From positions 1,792,001 to 1,856,000 of the forward strand of contig OZ244852.1 of the NCBI GenBank assembly GCA_965220965.1: DNA of 64,000 bases. The letters run 5' to 3'. This document shows positions 46,317-55,005 of this stretch, one piece after another. Numbering within the stretch: position 1 is the stretch's first letter; each line of letters starts with the position of its first letter. Below the pieces are notes generated by a model. The model ran no database searches and had not been told where the DNA came from. It was given only the letters and a program-made list of their open reading frames with translations. A program made the translations under genes and the position numbers. The DNA is from Candidatus Marinacidobacterium sp. GTDB lineage: Bacteria; Acidobacteriota; Vicinamibacteria; Marinacidobacterales; Marinacidobacteraceae.

Positions 46317-48376
46317 TGGTCCGTCGCCCCGGCCGGGTCGCGCGTGAAGCGCGAGAACCAGTCCAGCATGTAGAGCTGGGTCCGGATGAAGTTCGAGGGC
46401 TGCGAGCTGGTGCCGTGGTACTCCTCGTGGAAGCGGACCAGCTCGGTGGGGACCCCGAGCGCCTTGAGCGCCTGGTAGTACTCCTCGGTCTGGCTCATCG
46501 GCGTTCGGAGATCCAGTTCGCCGGTCATGAGCAGCGTCGGGGTGGTGACGTCGCCCACCAGCATGAGCGGCGAGTGCTCCAGGTACTTCTCGGCGTTGTC
46601 CCACGGATAGCCGTGGTAGCGCATGAAGCCCCAGCGCGGGATGTCCGCGGTGCCGGCGAAGCTCATCCAGTTGACCACCGGACAGCGAACCGCGGCGGAG
46701 GCGAACCGGTCCGTCTGGCCGATGACCCATGAGGAGAGGACGCCGCCGCCGCTGCAGCCGGTGACCGCCATCCGGGACTCGTCCACGATGCCCTGGCCAA
46801 TGACCGCATCCACCCCGGCCATCAGGTCGTCGTAGTCCACGCTCGGGTAACCGTTGTCGATGGCGTTCCCGAACCCGGTTCCGTAACCGGTGCTGCCCCT
46901 CGGGTTCGTGTAGAGGAGCAGGTAGCCGTTCGCCGCGAAGTTCTGGAAGGCGTTGTTGAAGCCCACGTTGTACATCGCGTGGGGGCCGCCGTGGATGTGG
47001 AGCACGAGCGGATACTGCCGCCCGGGCTCGAAGTCCGGCGGCTTGATGAGCCACCCCTGCACCCGGGCGCCTCCGGTCGAGTCGTACCAGATCTCCTCGA
47101 CCTCGCCCAGCTCGATCCCGGCGAGGACATCGTCGTTCACCGCGGTGAGCCGGGTCACCTCGGAGGGCCGGTCCAGCGGGAAGACGACGACATCGGCGGG
47201 CTCGTGGAACGATGTGCGGACGCCGGCGGCGATCCCGGTCTCCGAGATCGTGCTGACGCTGAGCATGTGCGTCCCTTCGGTCACCGGGGAGGTCCCGCCG
47301 GCGAGACTCGCGGCGTGGAGGTTGCGGGACCCGCGGTCGTCGGCGGTGAAGTAGATCCGGTCGCTGTCGGGCGCCCACCAGGGGTTCGCGGCGTCCCGGT
47401 CCAGCTCGGCCGAGAGCGAGCGCATCCCGGCGCCGTCGACGCCGATGACCCAGAGATCGCTCACCTTGTAGGTCTGCTCGGTCCACCCGAAACCGCCGAA
47501 GGCGATGTGCTCTCCGTCGGGCGAGACGACCGGACCGGACCACGGGCCCCGCTCCTGGGTGATCTGGCGGATCTCGCCCGTTCCGAGGGAGACATGGTGG
47601 ATGTGGGATTCGCGGTAGCGAAGGTCGGCGTCCTCGACGCGGGACCCGTCAAAGACGAGACCGCTCCCGTCCGGCATCCAGTCGATCCCGGCGCCGTAGT
47701 CGAGCCCGACCGCGCCTCGCGAGCCCACGTGCCATTCCCCTTCGGTGAGCTGGCGGGCGGCGCCGCCGGCCGCCGGAACCACGAAGAGGTGGCGGAAGCC
47801 CTCCTCGAGGAACCCGACGCGGTCCTGGCGGAAATGCATCCGCCGCACGATCCGCGGCGCCTTCGTCCAGGTGGCCCCCTCCGGCGGGGAGGGCATCGAG
47901 GGGAGGTCCCAGGTCTCGGGAGCGGGAACGATGCGAGTGAACGCGATCATCGTGGAGTCCGGAGACCAGTGGAGATCGCGGGGCGGCGGGCCGTCGCGCG
48001 TCACCTGGGAGACGGCGCCCTCGGCGTCCATCCACCGGACGAAGATCTGCGGGCCGCCGGCGTCCCCGGCCCGGAGGAACGCGACGCGGGTTCCGTCGGG
48101 AGACCAGACCGGCGAGGAGCCCCTGGCCAGGAAGCGGTTGCGGCTCCCGTCGGCGTTCACGATCCACAGCTCGGAGGCCCAGCGGTCCCGCTGGCGGTCG
48201 ACGTGGCTGCGGGTGTAGATCACCTGCGCGCCATCCGGAGAGATCGCCGGAGCGCTCACCCGCTCCCAGTCGAGGATGTGGGAAGCGCGGAGATGGTTCG
48301 GGCCGGCGGTCTCCTGAGCCGCCGCCGGGGCGGCGAACAGGCCCGCCGCGAGGAGGAGAGGAAGGAAGTTGCGCAT
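46313..48376 (-). CDS. S9 family peptidase (acylaminoacyl/dipeptidyl peptidase)
   Basis: Signal; PD40-like propeller; IHGGP, NPRGS.GYG, GCSGGG, D and H triad residues. Confidence 0.93.
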   Translation of the reverse strand: MRNFLPLLLAAGLFAAPAAAQETAGPNHLRASHILDWERVSAPAISPDGAQVIYTRSHVDRQRDRWASELWIVNADGSRNRFLARGSSPVWSPDGTRVAFLRAGDAGGPQIFVRWMDAEGAVSQVTRDGPPPRDLHWSPDSTMIAFTRIVPAPETWDLPSMPSPPEGATWTKAPRIVRRMHFRQDRVGFLEEGFRHLFVVPAAGGAARQLTEGEWHVGSRGAVGLDYGAGIDWMPDGSGLVFDGSRVEDADLRYRESHIHHVSLGTGEIRQITQERGPWSGPVVSPDGEHIAFGGFGWTEQTYKVSDLWVIGVDGAGMRSLSAELDRDAANPWWAPDSDRIYFTADDRGSRNLHAASLAGGTSPVTEGTHMLSVSTISETGIAAGVRTSFHEPADVVVFPLDRPSEVTRLTAVNDDVLAGIELGEVEEIWYDSTGGARVQGWLIKPPDFEPGRQYPLVLHIHGGPHAMYNVGFNNAFQNFAANGYLLLYTNPRGSTGYGTGFGNAIDNGYPSVDYDDLMAGVDAVIGQGIVDESRMAVTGCSGGGVLSSWVIGQTDRFASAAVRCPVVNWMSFAGTADIPRWGFMRYHGYPWDNAEKYLEHSPLMLVGDVTTPTLLMTGELDLRTPMSQTEEYYQALKALGVPTELVRFHEEYHGTSSQPSNFIRTQLYMLDWFSRFTRDPAGATDQ

Positions 48377-48456
48377 CGGGAGTCTCCAGCGAAAGCAAAC
48401 GGCCAGCGAAAGCGGGACGAATGGACCGGCGATTGTAGGAGGAGCGCCGCCGGCGT

Positions 48457-49557
48457 TCAGTGGGCCCGGCCGGCGGGCGCGAGCCGCCAGAGCGCGGGGG
48501 AGTCGGTCAGTCGCGGGTTGCGGCAGGCGAGGTCGTGCGGGGTGCGGCCCTGGCGGTCGCGCGCCGAGGGGCGCGCCCCGGCATCGAGAAGCGCTTCCAC
48601 GACATCGGCGGCCCCGTCCGCGGCGGCGACGTGAAGCGGCGTCGAGCCGTCGTCGGCGAGAACGTTGGGATCGGCTCCGGCGTCGAGCAGCACCTGAAGC
48701 GGCCCCCGCGCCTCCGCGGCCACCGCCACCGCGTGGAGCGGCGCGCCGCCGGCGGTGGTGCGGGCCTCGAGGTCGGCGCCCGCCTCGACCAGTTGGCGGG
48801 CCACCGCCTCCGCGTCGCCGTCAGCGCCGATGAGGTGGAGCGGGCGGACGCCGCGGGCGGAGGCGCGATCCGGGTCCGCGCCGCCCGCGAGCAGGGCGGC
48901 GACCGAGGGCGCGTCGCCGTTGCGGACGGCGGCGTGCAGGGGAACGAGCCCCGCCTCGTCGGGACGGTCCGGGTCCGCCCCGGCGGCCATCAGCAGGGGC
49001 AGGCAGTCGGCGCAGCCGCGCGCCGCGGCCAGATGGAGGGCGGTGACGCCGTCGGCGGCGGCGGCGGAGATGTCCGCGCCGGCGGCGAGGAGCAGGGTGG
49101 CCACCCGGCGTCGGCCGGCCCGCTCCGGAGGAGGATCCCTCGGCGAAGGCCGGTGGCGGGCGAAGACCATGTGGAGCGCGGTCGCCCCGTCGGGAAGGCT
49201 GGCGCGGGGATCGGCGCCGGCCTCGAGCAGGAGCGCGACCGACTCGGGGTCGGCGAGGGGGAATGCGGCCAGAAACAGCGGGCGAACCGGGTCCCCGGGA
49301 GGCCCGTCCGGGGCGGCGCCGGCGCGCAGGAGGAGGCCGACCGTAGAGGACCGCGCGTTCGCGATCGCCACGAGCAGCGGGGTGCGCGCCTTCGCGTCCC
49401 GGTAGTTCGGATCGGCCCCGGCGCGCAGCGCCATCGCGACGCGGGAGAGCGGCGCTCCAACCCGGGCCGCCGCCAGCAGCCACTCGTTGAGGCTTCGGCG
49501 AAGGACGGCGACCCGAAGAAGCGGACGAAGCGGAGAGGCGGGTCGACGACGTGGCAT
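48457..49557 (-). CDS. Ankyrin repeat protein
   Basis: Repeated G.TPLH.A...LL..GAD units (about 9). Confidence 0.9.
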   Translation of the reverse strand: MPRRRPASPLRPLLRVAVLRRSLNEWLLAAARVGAPLSRVAMALRAGADPNYRDAKARTPLLVAIANARSSTVGLLLRAGAAPDGPPGDPVRPLFLAAFPLADPESVALLLEAGADPRASLPDGATALHMVFARHRPSPRDPPPERAGRRRVATLLLAAGADISAAAADGVTALHLAAARGCADCLPLLMAAGADPDRPDEAGLVPLHAAVRNGDAPSVAALLAGGADPDRASARGVRPLHLIGADGDAEAVARQLVEAGADLEARTTAGGAPLHAVAVAAEARGPLQVLLDAGADPNVLADDGSTPLHVAAADGAADVVEALLDAGARPSARDRQGRTPHDLACRNPRLTDSPALWRLAPAGRAH

Positions 49558-49713
49558 GGCGAGTGGGATCCCGGGGAGGAGCGGGCCCTCCGGGGGAGCG
49601 GCGTCGGCGCCCGGAACCGGGCGCCGGGAGGGCGCGAAACCGCCGGGAGGAGGCCCGGCGGCGGTCCCGGCTGCTCAGGCCGGGAGGCGGCCCCGTCTTC
49701 GGGGCGGGTGGAC

Positions 49714-50064
49714 TCAGAGGAAAGCGGCGAGCATTTCCGCGTGGAAGCCTACGAGAAGCGCGTCACCCACGCGCATCGTGGGAGCGCGGAGCTTCCCCGA
49801 GCGGCCCAGCATCCGGTCGGCGAGGTCGGCGGGCGGTCCGTCGGCCAGCCCGATGCGCTCGAACTTCCGGCCACGGGCGACCGCCACCTCGCGGACGCCC
49901 TCCAGCAGCGCCGGGATGTCCTCGCGGAGGACGGGGTCGCGGTTGGCGTTCCTGATCTCTTCGGCCTCGAGGCCCCGTTGCGCAAGAAACTCCTGCGCGC
50001 GCTTGCAGCCGGTTCAACCGGGGCGGTGGTAGCGCCAGGCGACGACGGCGGAACCGGGGCTCAT
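49714..50064 (-). CDS. ArsC-related thioredoxin-fold selenoprotein (UxxC)
   Basis: ATG 50064; MSPGSAVVAWRYHRPG-UGA(50016-50014)-TGCKRAQEFL...GRSGKLRAPTMRVGDALLVGFH; SECIS-like hairpin follows. Confidence 0.85.
49980..49998 (-). promoter_or_regulatory. Putative bacterial SECIS element
   Basis: GCGCAGGA-GTT-TCTTGCGC hairpin starting 15 nt after UGA; G at the start of the apical loop. Confidence 0.65.
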
Positions 50065-50573
50065 CAGTCTTCGATGCGGTCGTAGATCGCGCGGGTCACC
50101 CGCGTGATCCGCCCTTCCTCGTCGAGCCGGACGTAGTCGTTGTCGATCCGGTTCCCGTCGTCGGAGAGGGTGTTGATGATGACCTGGTAGACGACCCCGT
50201 CACGCCGGTTCAGGATGCGGGTCGACCGCTCGGTGACGATCTCGACCGCGGTGTCGGCGTTCTCCTGGCCGGCGACCGGACGGAACACCCCGTCGAACAG
50301 CGTCTCGTAGCTCCACTCCGAGGTCTCGTTGTCGGCGTTCGTGGTCGCCACCGTGATGCTCATGCCGCCGTCGCCCCACGGGGCGTAGGTCATGATGTTC
50401 TGGTAGGGCGGCGGGTTGTCCGAGCGGATCTTCCAGACCCCGAAACGGGGGTTCGCGTCCTGGGCTTCGGCTTCCGGGCCGCCGCCGCAGGCGGACGCGA
50501 CGAAGGCCGCGAGCGCGAGAGCGACGAGAGCGAGGGGCGGTCGGCGAAGCGACTGGCGGGCCGGTATGCGCAT
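50064..50573 (-). CDS. Lipoprotein, lipocalin-like beta-rich domain
   Basis: ASAC lipobox; FGVWK, DG and YDR motifs; SD AAGGAG. Confidence 0.75.
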   Translation of the reverse strand: MRIPARQSLRRPPLALVALALAAFVASACGGGPEAEAQDANPRFGVWKIRSDNPPPYQNIMTYAPWGDGGMSITVATTNADNETSEWSYETLFDGVFRPVAGQENADTAVEIVTERSTRILNRRDGVVYQVIINTLSDDGNRIDNDYVRLDEEGRITRVTRAIYDRIED

Positions 50574-50624
50574 GGGTCGGACTCCTTGAAGGGCGCGCCA
50601 TTGTGGCACAGGGGCGCTGTCTCC

Positions 50625-52229
50625 CTATGGGGAAAACCCGGGACGGCGGAGCGGCCTTCCGGCGAGGGCGCCGGTGGCCGCCCCGTCACGCAGCGCGAAC
50701 TCCCCGTTGACCAGCACATGGACCATGCCCTCGGCGAACTGATGCGGTTCGTCGTAGGTCGCCAGATCCCGCACCCGGTCCGGGTCGAAGATCACGAGGT
50801 CGGCGTGATGCCCCTCGCGCACGAGCCCCCGGTCCCCGAGGCCGAGGAATTCGGCGGCCAGCCCGCTGAAGCTGCGGATCGCGAACTCCATGGAGATGCG
50901 CTCCTCGTCGAGGACGTAGTCCCGCATCTTCTTCGCGAACGCCCCGTAGACCCTCGGATGCCCGACCGGCGTCCCGGGGCGGATGTCGCGTCCGTCGGTG
51001 CAGGTCATCATCCAGTCCTGCTCCGCGAGAAAGGCGGTGTTCCACGGGTCGTAGAGCCCGATGTTCATGACCGACGCGTTGCCGTCCCGAAGGATCGAGC
51101 GCACCGCCTCGGGGACGGGCAGCCCCATGGCTTCCGCCGCTTCGGCGAGCGTCCGGCCATTCAGTTCCGGGCGGGGATCGGAGAAGCGGATCCTTTCGGC
51201 CCCTCCCCGGATCGCGAGCATTTCGGCGGTCGCCTCATCGAGGACCCGCGCGGTGTCCGGGTCGTCGAAGCGATCCAGCATCGCCTCCCGGCCGCCGGCC
51301 GAGGCCCAGCGGGGAACGGCGTAGGCGCGCAGGCTGGACTGGGTGGCGGTGTAGACGTGCTGGGCGCCGAACACCGGGACGCCGCGGGCCCTCGCCGCCT
51401 CGATGAGCGCCGCTCCCTCCGGGGCCCGCCCGTAGTTGTGGGCGCCCTGCGCGTTGAAGTGGCTGAAGATCACCTTGACCCCCGACTCCTCGCCGATCCG
51501 GATGGCCTCCTCGATGGAGGCGAGGTACCCCACCCCCTGGTAGGACGCCCCCAGATCCCGGTCGTGGGTGTCGTAGATCCCGGGCTCGTATTCGGCGGCG
51601 ACCCTCGCCAGCTCGATGACCTCTTCGGTCGTGGCGTAGGTCCCCGGGACGTAGAACAGGCCGCTGGAGAGGCCGAAGGCGCCTTCCTCGAGCCCCTGAC
51701 GGACGAGGCCGCGCATCCGCTCGAGTTCCCCGGCGTTCGGCGCCCGGTCTTCCTCCCCGAGAACCAGGCGGCGCACCGCCCCGTGGCCCACCCAGGTGAA
51801 CGCGTTGACGCCCATGCCTCGGGACTCCCAGCCGGCGAGGGTGGCGGCCACCTCGGGCGAGCCGCCCCCATCGGCGCCGAGCGCCACGGTCGTGATCCCC
51901 TGGTGCAGGAACGGGAGCGCCTCCTTGCCCCAGTCGGTCCCCACCTGGGAGTGGGAGTGCATGTCGATGAAACCGGGCGCCGCCAGCAGTCCGGAGACAT
52001 CGAGCGACTCGCTGGCGACGACGCCCTCGGCGGCCGCGTCCCCGAGGAAGACGATCCGGTCGCCGCGCACGCCGATGTCCGCGGTCACCGGCGCCTCACC
52101 CGCTCCTTCGTGGACGGTGGCGCCCAGGAAGAGGAGGTCCACCTCCTCGCCGGAGCAACCGGCGATGACGCCGGTCAGGGCGGCGAATGCGAGATCCCGG
52201 AGGATCCGGGGTGTGTTCCGGAAGACCAT
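50625..52229 (-). CDS. N-acyl-D-amino-acid deacylase family, lipoprotein
   Basis: IAGC lipobox; APGFIDMHSH, QGITT, GLFYVPG, HPR.YG.F, ADLVIFD. Confidence 0.9.
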   Translation of the reverse strand: MVFRNTPRILRDLAFAALTGVIAGCSGEEVDLLFLGATVHEGAGEAPVTADIGVRGDRIVFLGDAAAEGVVASESLDVSGLLAAPGFIDMHSHSQVGTDWGKEALPFLHQGITTVALGADGGGSPEVAATLAGWESRGMGVNAFTWVGHGAVRRLVLGEEDRAPNAGELERMRGLVRQGLEEGAFGLSSGLFYVPGTYATTEEVIELARVAAEYEPGIYDTHDRDLGASYQGVGYLASIEEAIRIGEESGVKVIFSHFNAQGAHNYGRAPEGAALIEAARARGVPVFGAQHVYTATQSSLRAYAVPRWASAGGREAMLDRFDDPDTARVLDEATAEMLAIRGGAERIRFSDPRPELNGRTLAEAAEAMGLPVPEAVRSILRDGNASVMNIGLYDPWNTAFLAEQDWMMTCTDGRDIRPGTPVGHPRVYGAFAKKMRDYVLDEERISMEFAIRSFSGLAAEFLGLGDRGLVREGHHADLVIFDPDRVRDLATYDEPHQFAEGMVHVLVNGEFALRDGAATGALAGRPLRRPGFSP

Positions 52230-52295
52230 GGCGCGCCTCGTTCGCTCGTGCGTTGGGGGAGAATCCCCGCCGACAGATAGATGGAGGGGAGACCC

Positions 52296-53531
52296 ATGAG
52301 AGTACGCATCCGGACGCGGCGCCTCGCCTTGGCCGCGAGCCTGCTGGGCGCCGTCGCGCCGCTGGCGGGAGCCCAGGACTGGCCCCAATGGCGCGGACCG
52401 AACCGCGACGGCGCGGCGACCGGTTTCGAGGCGCCCGCCGAGTGGCCCGCCGAACTGCGACTGCAGTGGTCCGTCGTGGTGGGGACCGGCTACGCCACCC
52501 CGCTCGTCGTGGGCGAGACGCTCTTCGTGTTCGCGCGGCAGGGGGAGGAGGAGGTTCTCCTCGCGCTCGACCCGGCCTCCGCCGAGGTCCGGTGGCGCTC
52601 GCCGTATCCCGCCCCCTTCGACATGAGTCCGGCGACCGCCCGGCACGGGCCGGGCCCCAAGTCCACGCCGGCGTTCGCTGACGGCCGCATCTTCGTCCAT
52701 GGGATGACGGGCTCGGTGAGCGCCTTCGACGCGGCCTCCGGGGAGCGGCTGTGGCATGTCCCGGGAACGACGCCGATCCCGCTTTACCACACCGCGATGT
52801 CACCGCTCGTGGTCGACGGGATCGTGGTGGTCCATGTCGGCGGCCACGACCAGGGGGCGCTCACCGCGTTCGATGTCCGATCCGGCGAGGTCGTGTGGCG
52901 CTGGGACGGCGACGGGCCCGCCTACGGCTCCCCGATGGGCTTCCGCCTCGATGGCGCCGACCAGATCCTGACCTTCACCCAGGAGCGCTTCGTCGGGGTG
53001 TCGCCCGACAGCGGGACCCTGCTGTGGAGCCGACCGTTCACGACCCCGTCTGACACGACCTCACAGACGCCGCTTCTTCATGGAGACCTCGTCATCCAGG
53101 CGGGCCGGGAGAACGGCGTGACCGCGTTCCGCGCCGCGCGCCAGGGAAGCGACTGGGTGACCGAGGAGGTCTGGAGCACCGACGAGGCCTCGTTCCACAT
53201 GGCGAACCCGGTCATCTGGAACGGGGTGCTCTTCGGGCTCTCCCACCTGAGGCGGGGTCAGTACGTCGGCGTCGGGCTGGACACCGGAGAGGTCGTGTGG
53301 CGGAGCGACCCCCGCCAGGCGAACAACGCCGCCATGGCGGTCGCCGGCGACTTCGTGCTGTCGCTCGAGGAGGACGCCGAGCTCGTCGTCTTCGAGGCGG
53401 CCCCGGACGGGCTCACCGAGCGCCGGCGCTACGAAGTCGCGGAGAGCGCCACCTGGGCCCAGCCGGCGTGGTCGGGAGAACGCATCTTCATCAAGGATGT
53501 CGACCGCGTGTCGCTGTGGACGCTCCGCTGA
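52296..53531 (+). CDS. PQQ-binding-like beta-propeller repeat protein
   Basis: Signal then DWPQWRGP.RDG; repeated A.D..SG...W blades. Confidence 0.88.
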   Translation: MRVRIRTRRLALAASLLGAVAPLAGAQDWPQWRGPNRDGAATGFEAPAEWPAELRLQWSVVVGTGYATPLVVGETLFVFARQGEEEVLLALDPASAEVRWRSPYPAPFDMSPATARHGPGPKSTPAFADGRIFVHGMTGSVSAFDAASGERLWHVPGTTPIPLYHTAMSPLVVDGIVVVHVGGHDQGALTAFDVRSGEVVWRWDGDGPAYGSPMGFRLDGADQILTFTQERFVGVSPDSGTLLWSRPFTTPSDTTSQTPLLHGDLVIQAGRENGVTAFRAARQGSDWVTEEVWSTDEASFHMANPVIWNGVLFGLSHLRRGQYVGVGLDTGEVVWRSDPRQANNAAMAVAGDFVLSLEEDAELVVFEAAPDGLTERRRYEVAESATWAQPAWSGERIFIKDVDRVSLWTLR

Positions 53532-53547
53532 GGGACCGCGCGGACGA

Positions 53548-54918
53548 TCAGCGGCCGCCGCGCCGGGCGGCGAGCTCCTTCTCCCGGCGGCGGGGGACGC
53601 CGCCGAGGGCGGCGCGGGCGCGGCGAAGGCGCATGCGCGTCATCGCGCCCCCCAGCAGGACCATCGAGCCGAACAGCGGCGTGGAGGCGGCCGAGCCGGA
53701 GAGCGCCAGGTAGAGCGGCCGGGTCAGCGCGCGGAGCTTGACGTCGAGGGCGTCGGCCAGCGCGGCGAGCGCGGCATGGACGGCCTCTTCGGTGAACTCG
53801 TCGAGATCCTCGAGGGCCCATTCGGCGAGCAGAAGCCATTCCGCGATCCTCGGGCGGTCCTCTTCCGCGCCGAACGCCTCCGCCCCGGGAGCGACGTCGT
53901 CAACGAAGAAGTGGCCCGCGAGGCGCCCGAAGTCGGCGAGCGTGCGCATCCGCGGCTGCGCCATCGCCGCGGCCGCCTCCAGCGTCCGGTCCGCGTAGCG
54001 CCAGTCGCGGAGCCGCGCCGCAACGCCGGCCGGGTCGTGGTCCTCGCGCAGGTACCGGCCGTTCAGCCAGGCGAGCTTGTCGGTGTCGAAGACGGCGCCG
54101 GCGAGCGAGATCGCTTCGAGGTCGAAGCGCGCCACGAACTCGTCGAGCGGGAACTTCTCCTCGCCCTCGGCGCGGGTCCAGACCAGGATGCCGAGGAAGT
54201 TCAGCAGCGCCTCCGGCAGGAAGCCGGCGTCCCGGTAGAAGTCGATCGAGACGGGGTTCTTGCGCTTGCTCAGTTTCGAGCGGTTCCGGTCGTTGTTCCG
54301 CAGGAGCGGAACGTGCCAGAAGGCCGGAGGCTCCCAGCCGAGCGCCTCGTAAAGAAGGAGGTGCTTCGGGAGCGACGCGATCCATTCCTCCCCCCGGATC
54401 ACGTCGGAGATCTCCATGTGGTGGTCGTCCACCACGTTCGCCAGGTGGTAGGTGGGGAACCCGTCCGACTTGAGCAGGACCGGGTCGTCCACCGACTCCC
54501 AGTCCTTCGAGAGCCCGGGATGCAGCCGGTCGGGGAGCTCGACCCGTCCGGAATCGGGCGTCTTCAGCCGGATCGCGAACGCTCCGCCGGGCGCCCCGGC
54601 GTCGTCGCGGTAGGCATGCCCTTCCCGAAGCAGCCGTTCCGCCACCTCGCGGTAGAGGTCGAGGCGCTCGCTCTGCCGGTAGGGGGCGAAGCGGCCGCCC
54701 ACGTCGGGGCCCTCGTCCCAGGCGAGGCCCAGCCAGCGGAGCGCGCGGAGGATCGCCGCCTCGGAGTCGCGCCGGGAGCGGGCCTGGTCGGTGTCCTCGA
54801 TGCGGAGCGCGAAGGCGCCCCCGCGCTGACGCGCGAAGGCGTAGTTGAGCAGCGCCTGGTAGGCCGTCCCCACGTGGGGATCCCCCGTCGGGGAGGGCGC
54901 GATCCGGGTGCGGGTCAC
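53548..54918 (-). CDS. gltX: Glutamate--tRNA ligase
   Basis: RIAPSPTG, HVGT, LRIEDTD, PTYH, IRGEEW, KLSKR; anticodon-binding domain present. Confidence 0.93.
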   Translation of the reverse strand: MTRTRIAPSPTGDPHVGTAYQALLNYAFARQRGGAFALRIEDTDQARSRRDSEAAILRALRWLGLAWDEGPDVGGRFAPYRQSERLDLYREVAERLLREGHAYRDDAGAPGGAFAIRLKTPDSGRVELPDRLHPGLSKDWESVDDPVLLKSDGFPTYHLANVVDDHHMEISDVIRGEEWIASLPKHLLLYEALGWEPPAFWHVPLLRNNDRNRSKLSKRKNPVSIDFYRDAGFLPEALLNFLGILVWTRAEGEEKFPLDEFVARFDLEAISLAGAVFDTDKLAWLNGRYLREDHDPAGVAARLRDWRYADRTLEAAAAMAQPRMRTLADFGRLAGHFFVDDVAPGAEAFGAEEDRPRIAEWLLLAEWALEDLDEFTEEAVHAALAALADALDVKLRALTRPLYLALSGSAASTPLFGSMVLLGGAMTRMRLRRARAALGGVPRRREKELAARRGGR

Positions 54919-55005
54919 GCGGCGTTCCCGGGGGGCCGACCGGAAGTCCGGAGCGGATTCACCGGCCGCGCCGGCGGGGCCCCCGGCGTGCGGAGACTCC
55001 GCCCC

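Noticed and set aside
49749-50017. ORF-track ORFs 49749-49985 and 49763-50017
   Set aside because: Wrong frames; the coherent protein is the UGA-containing frame 49714-50064
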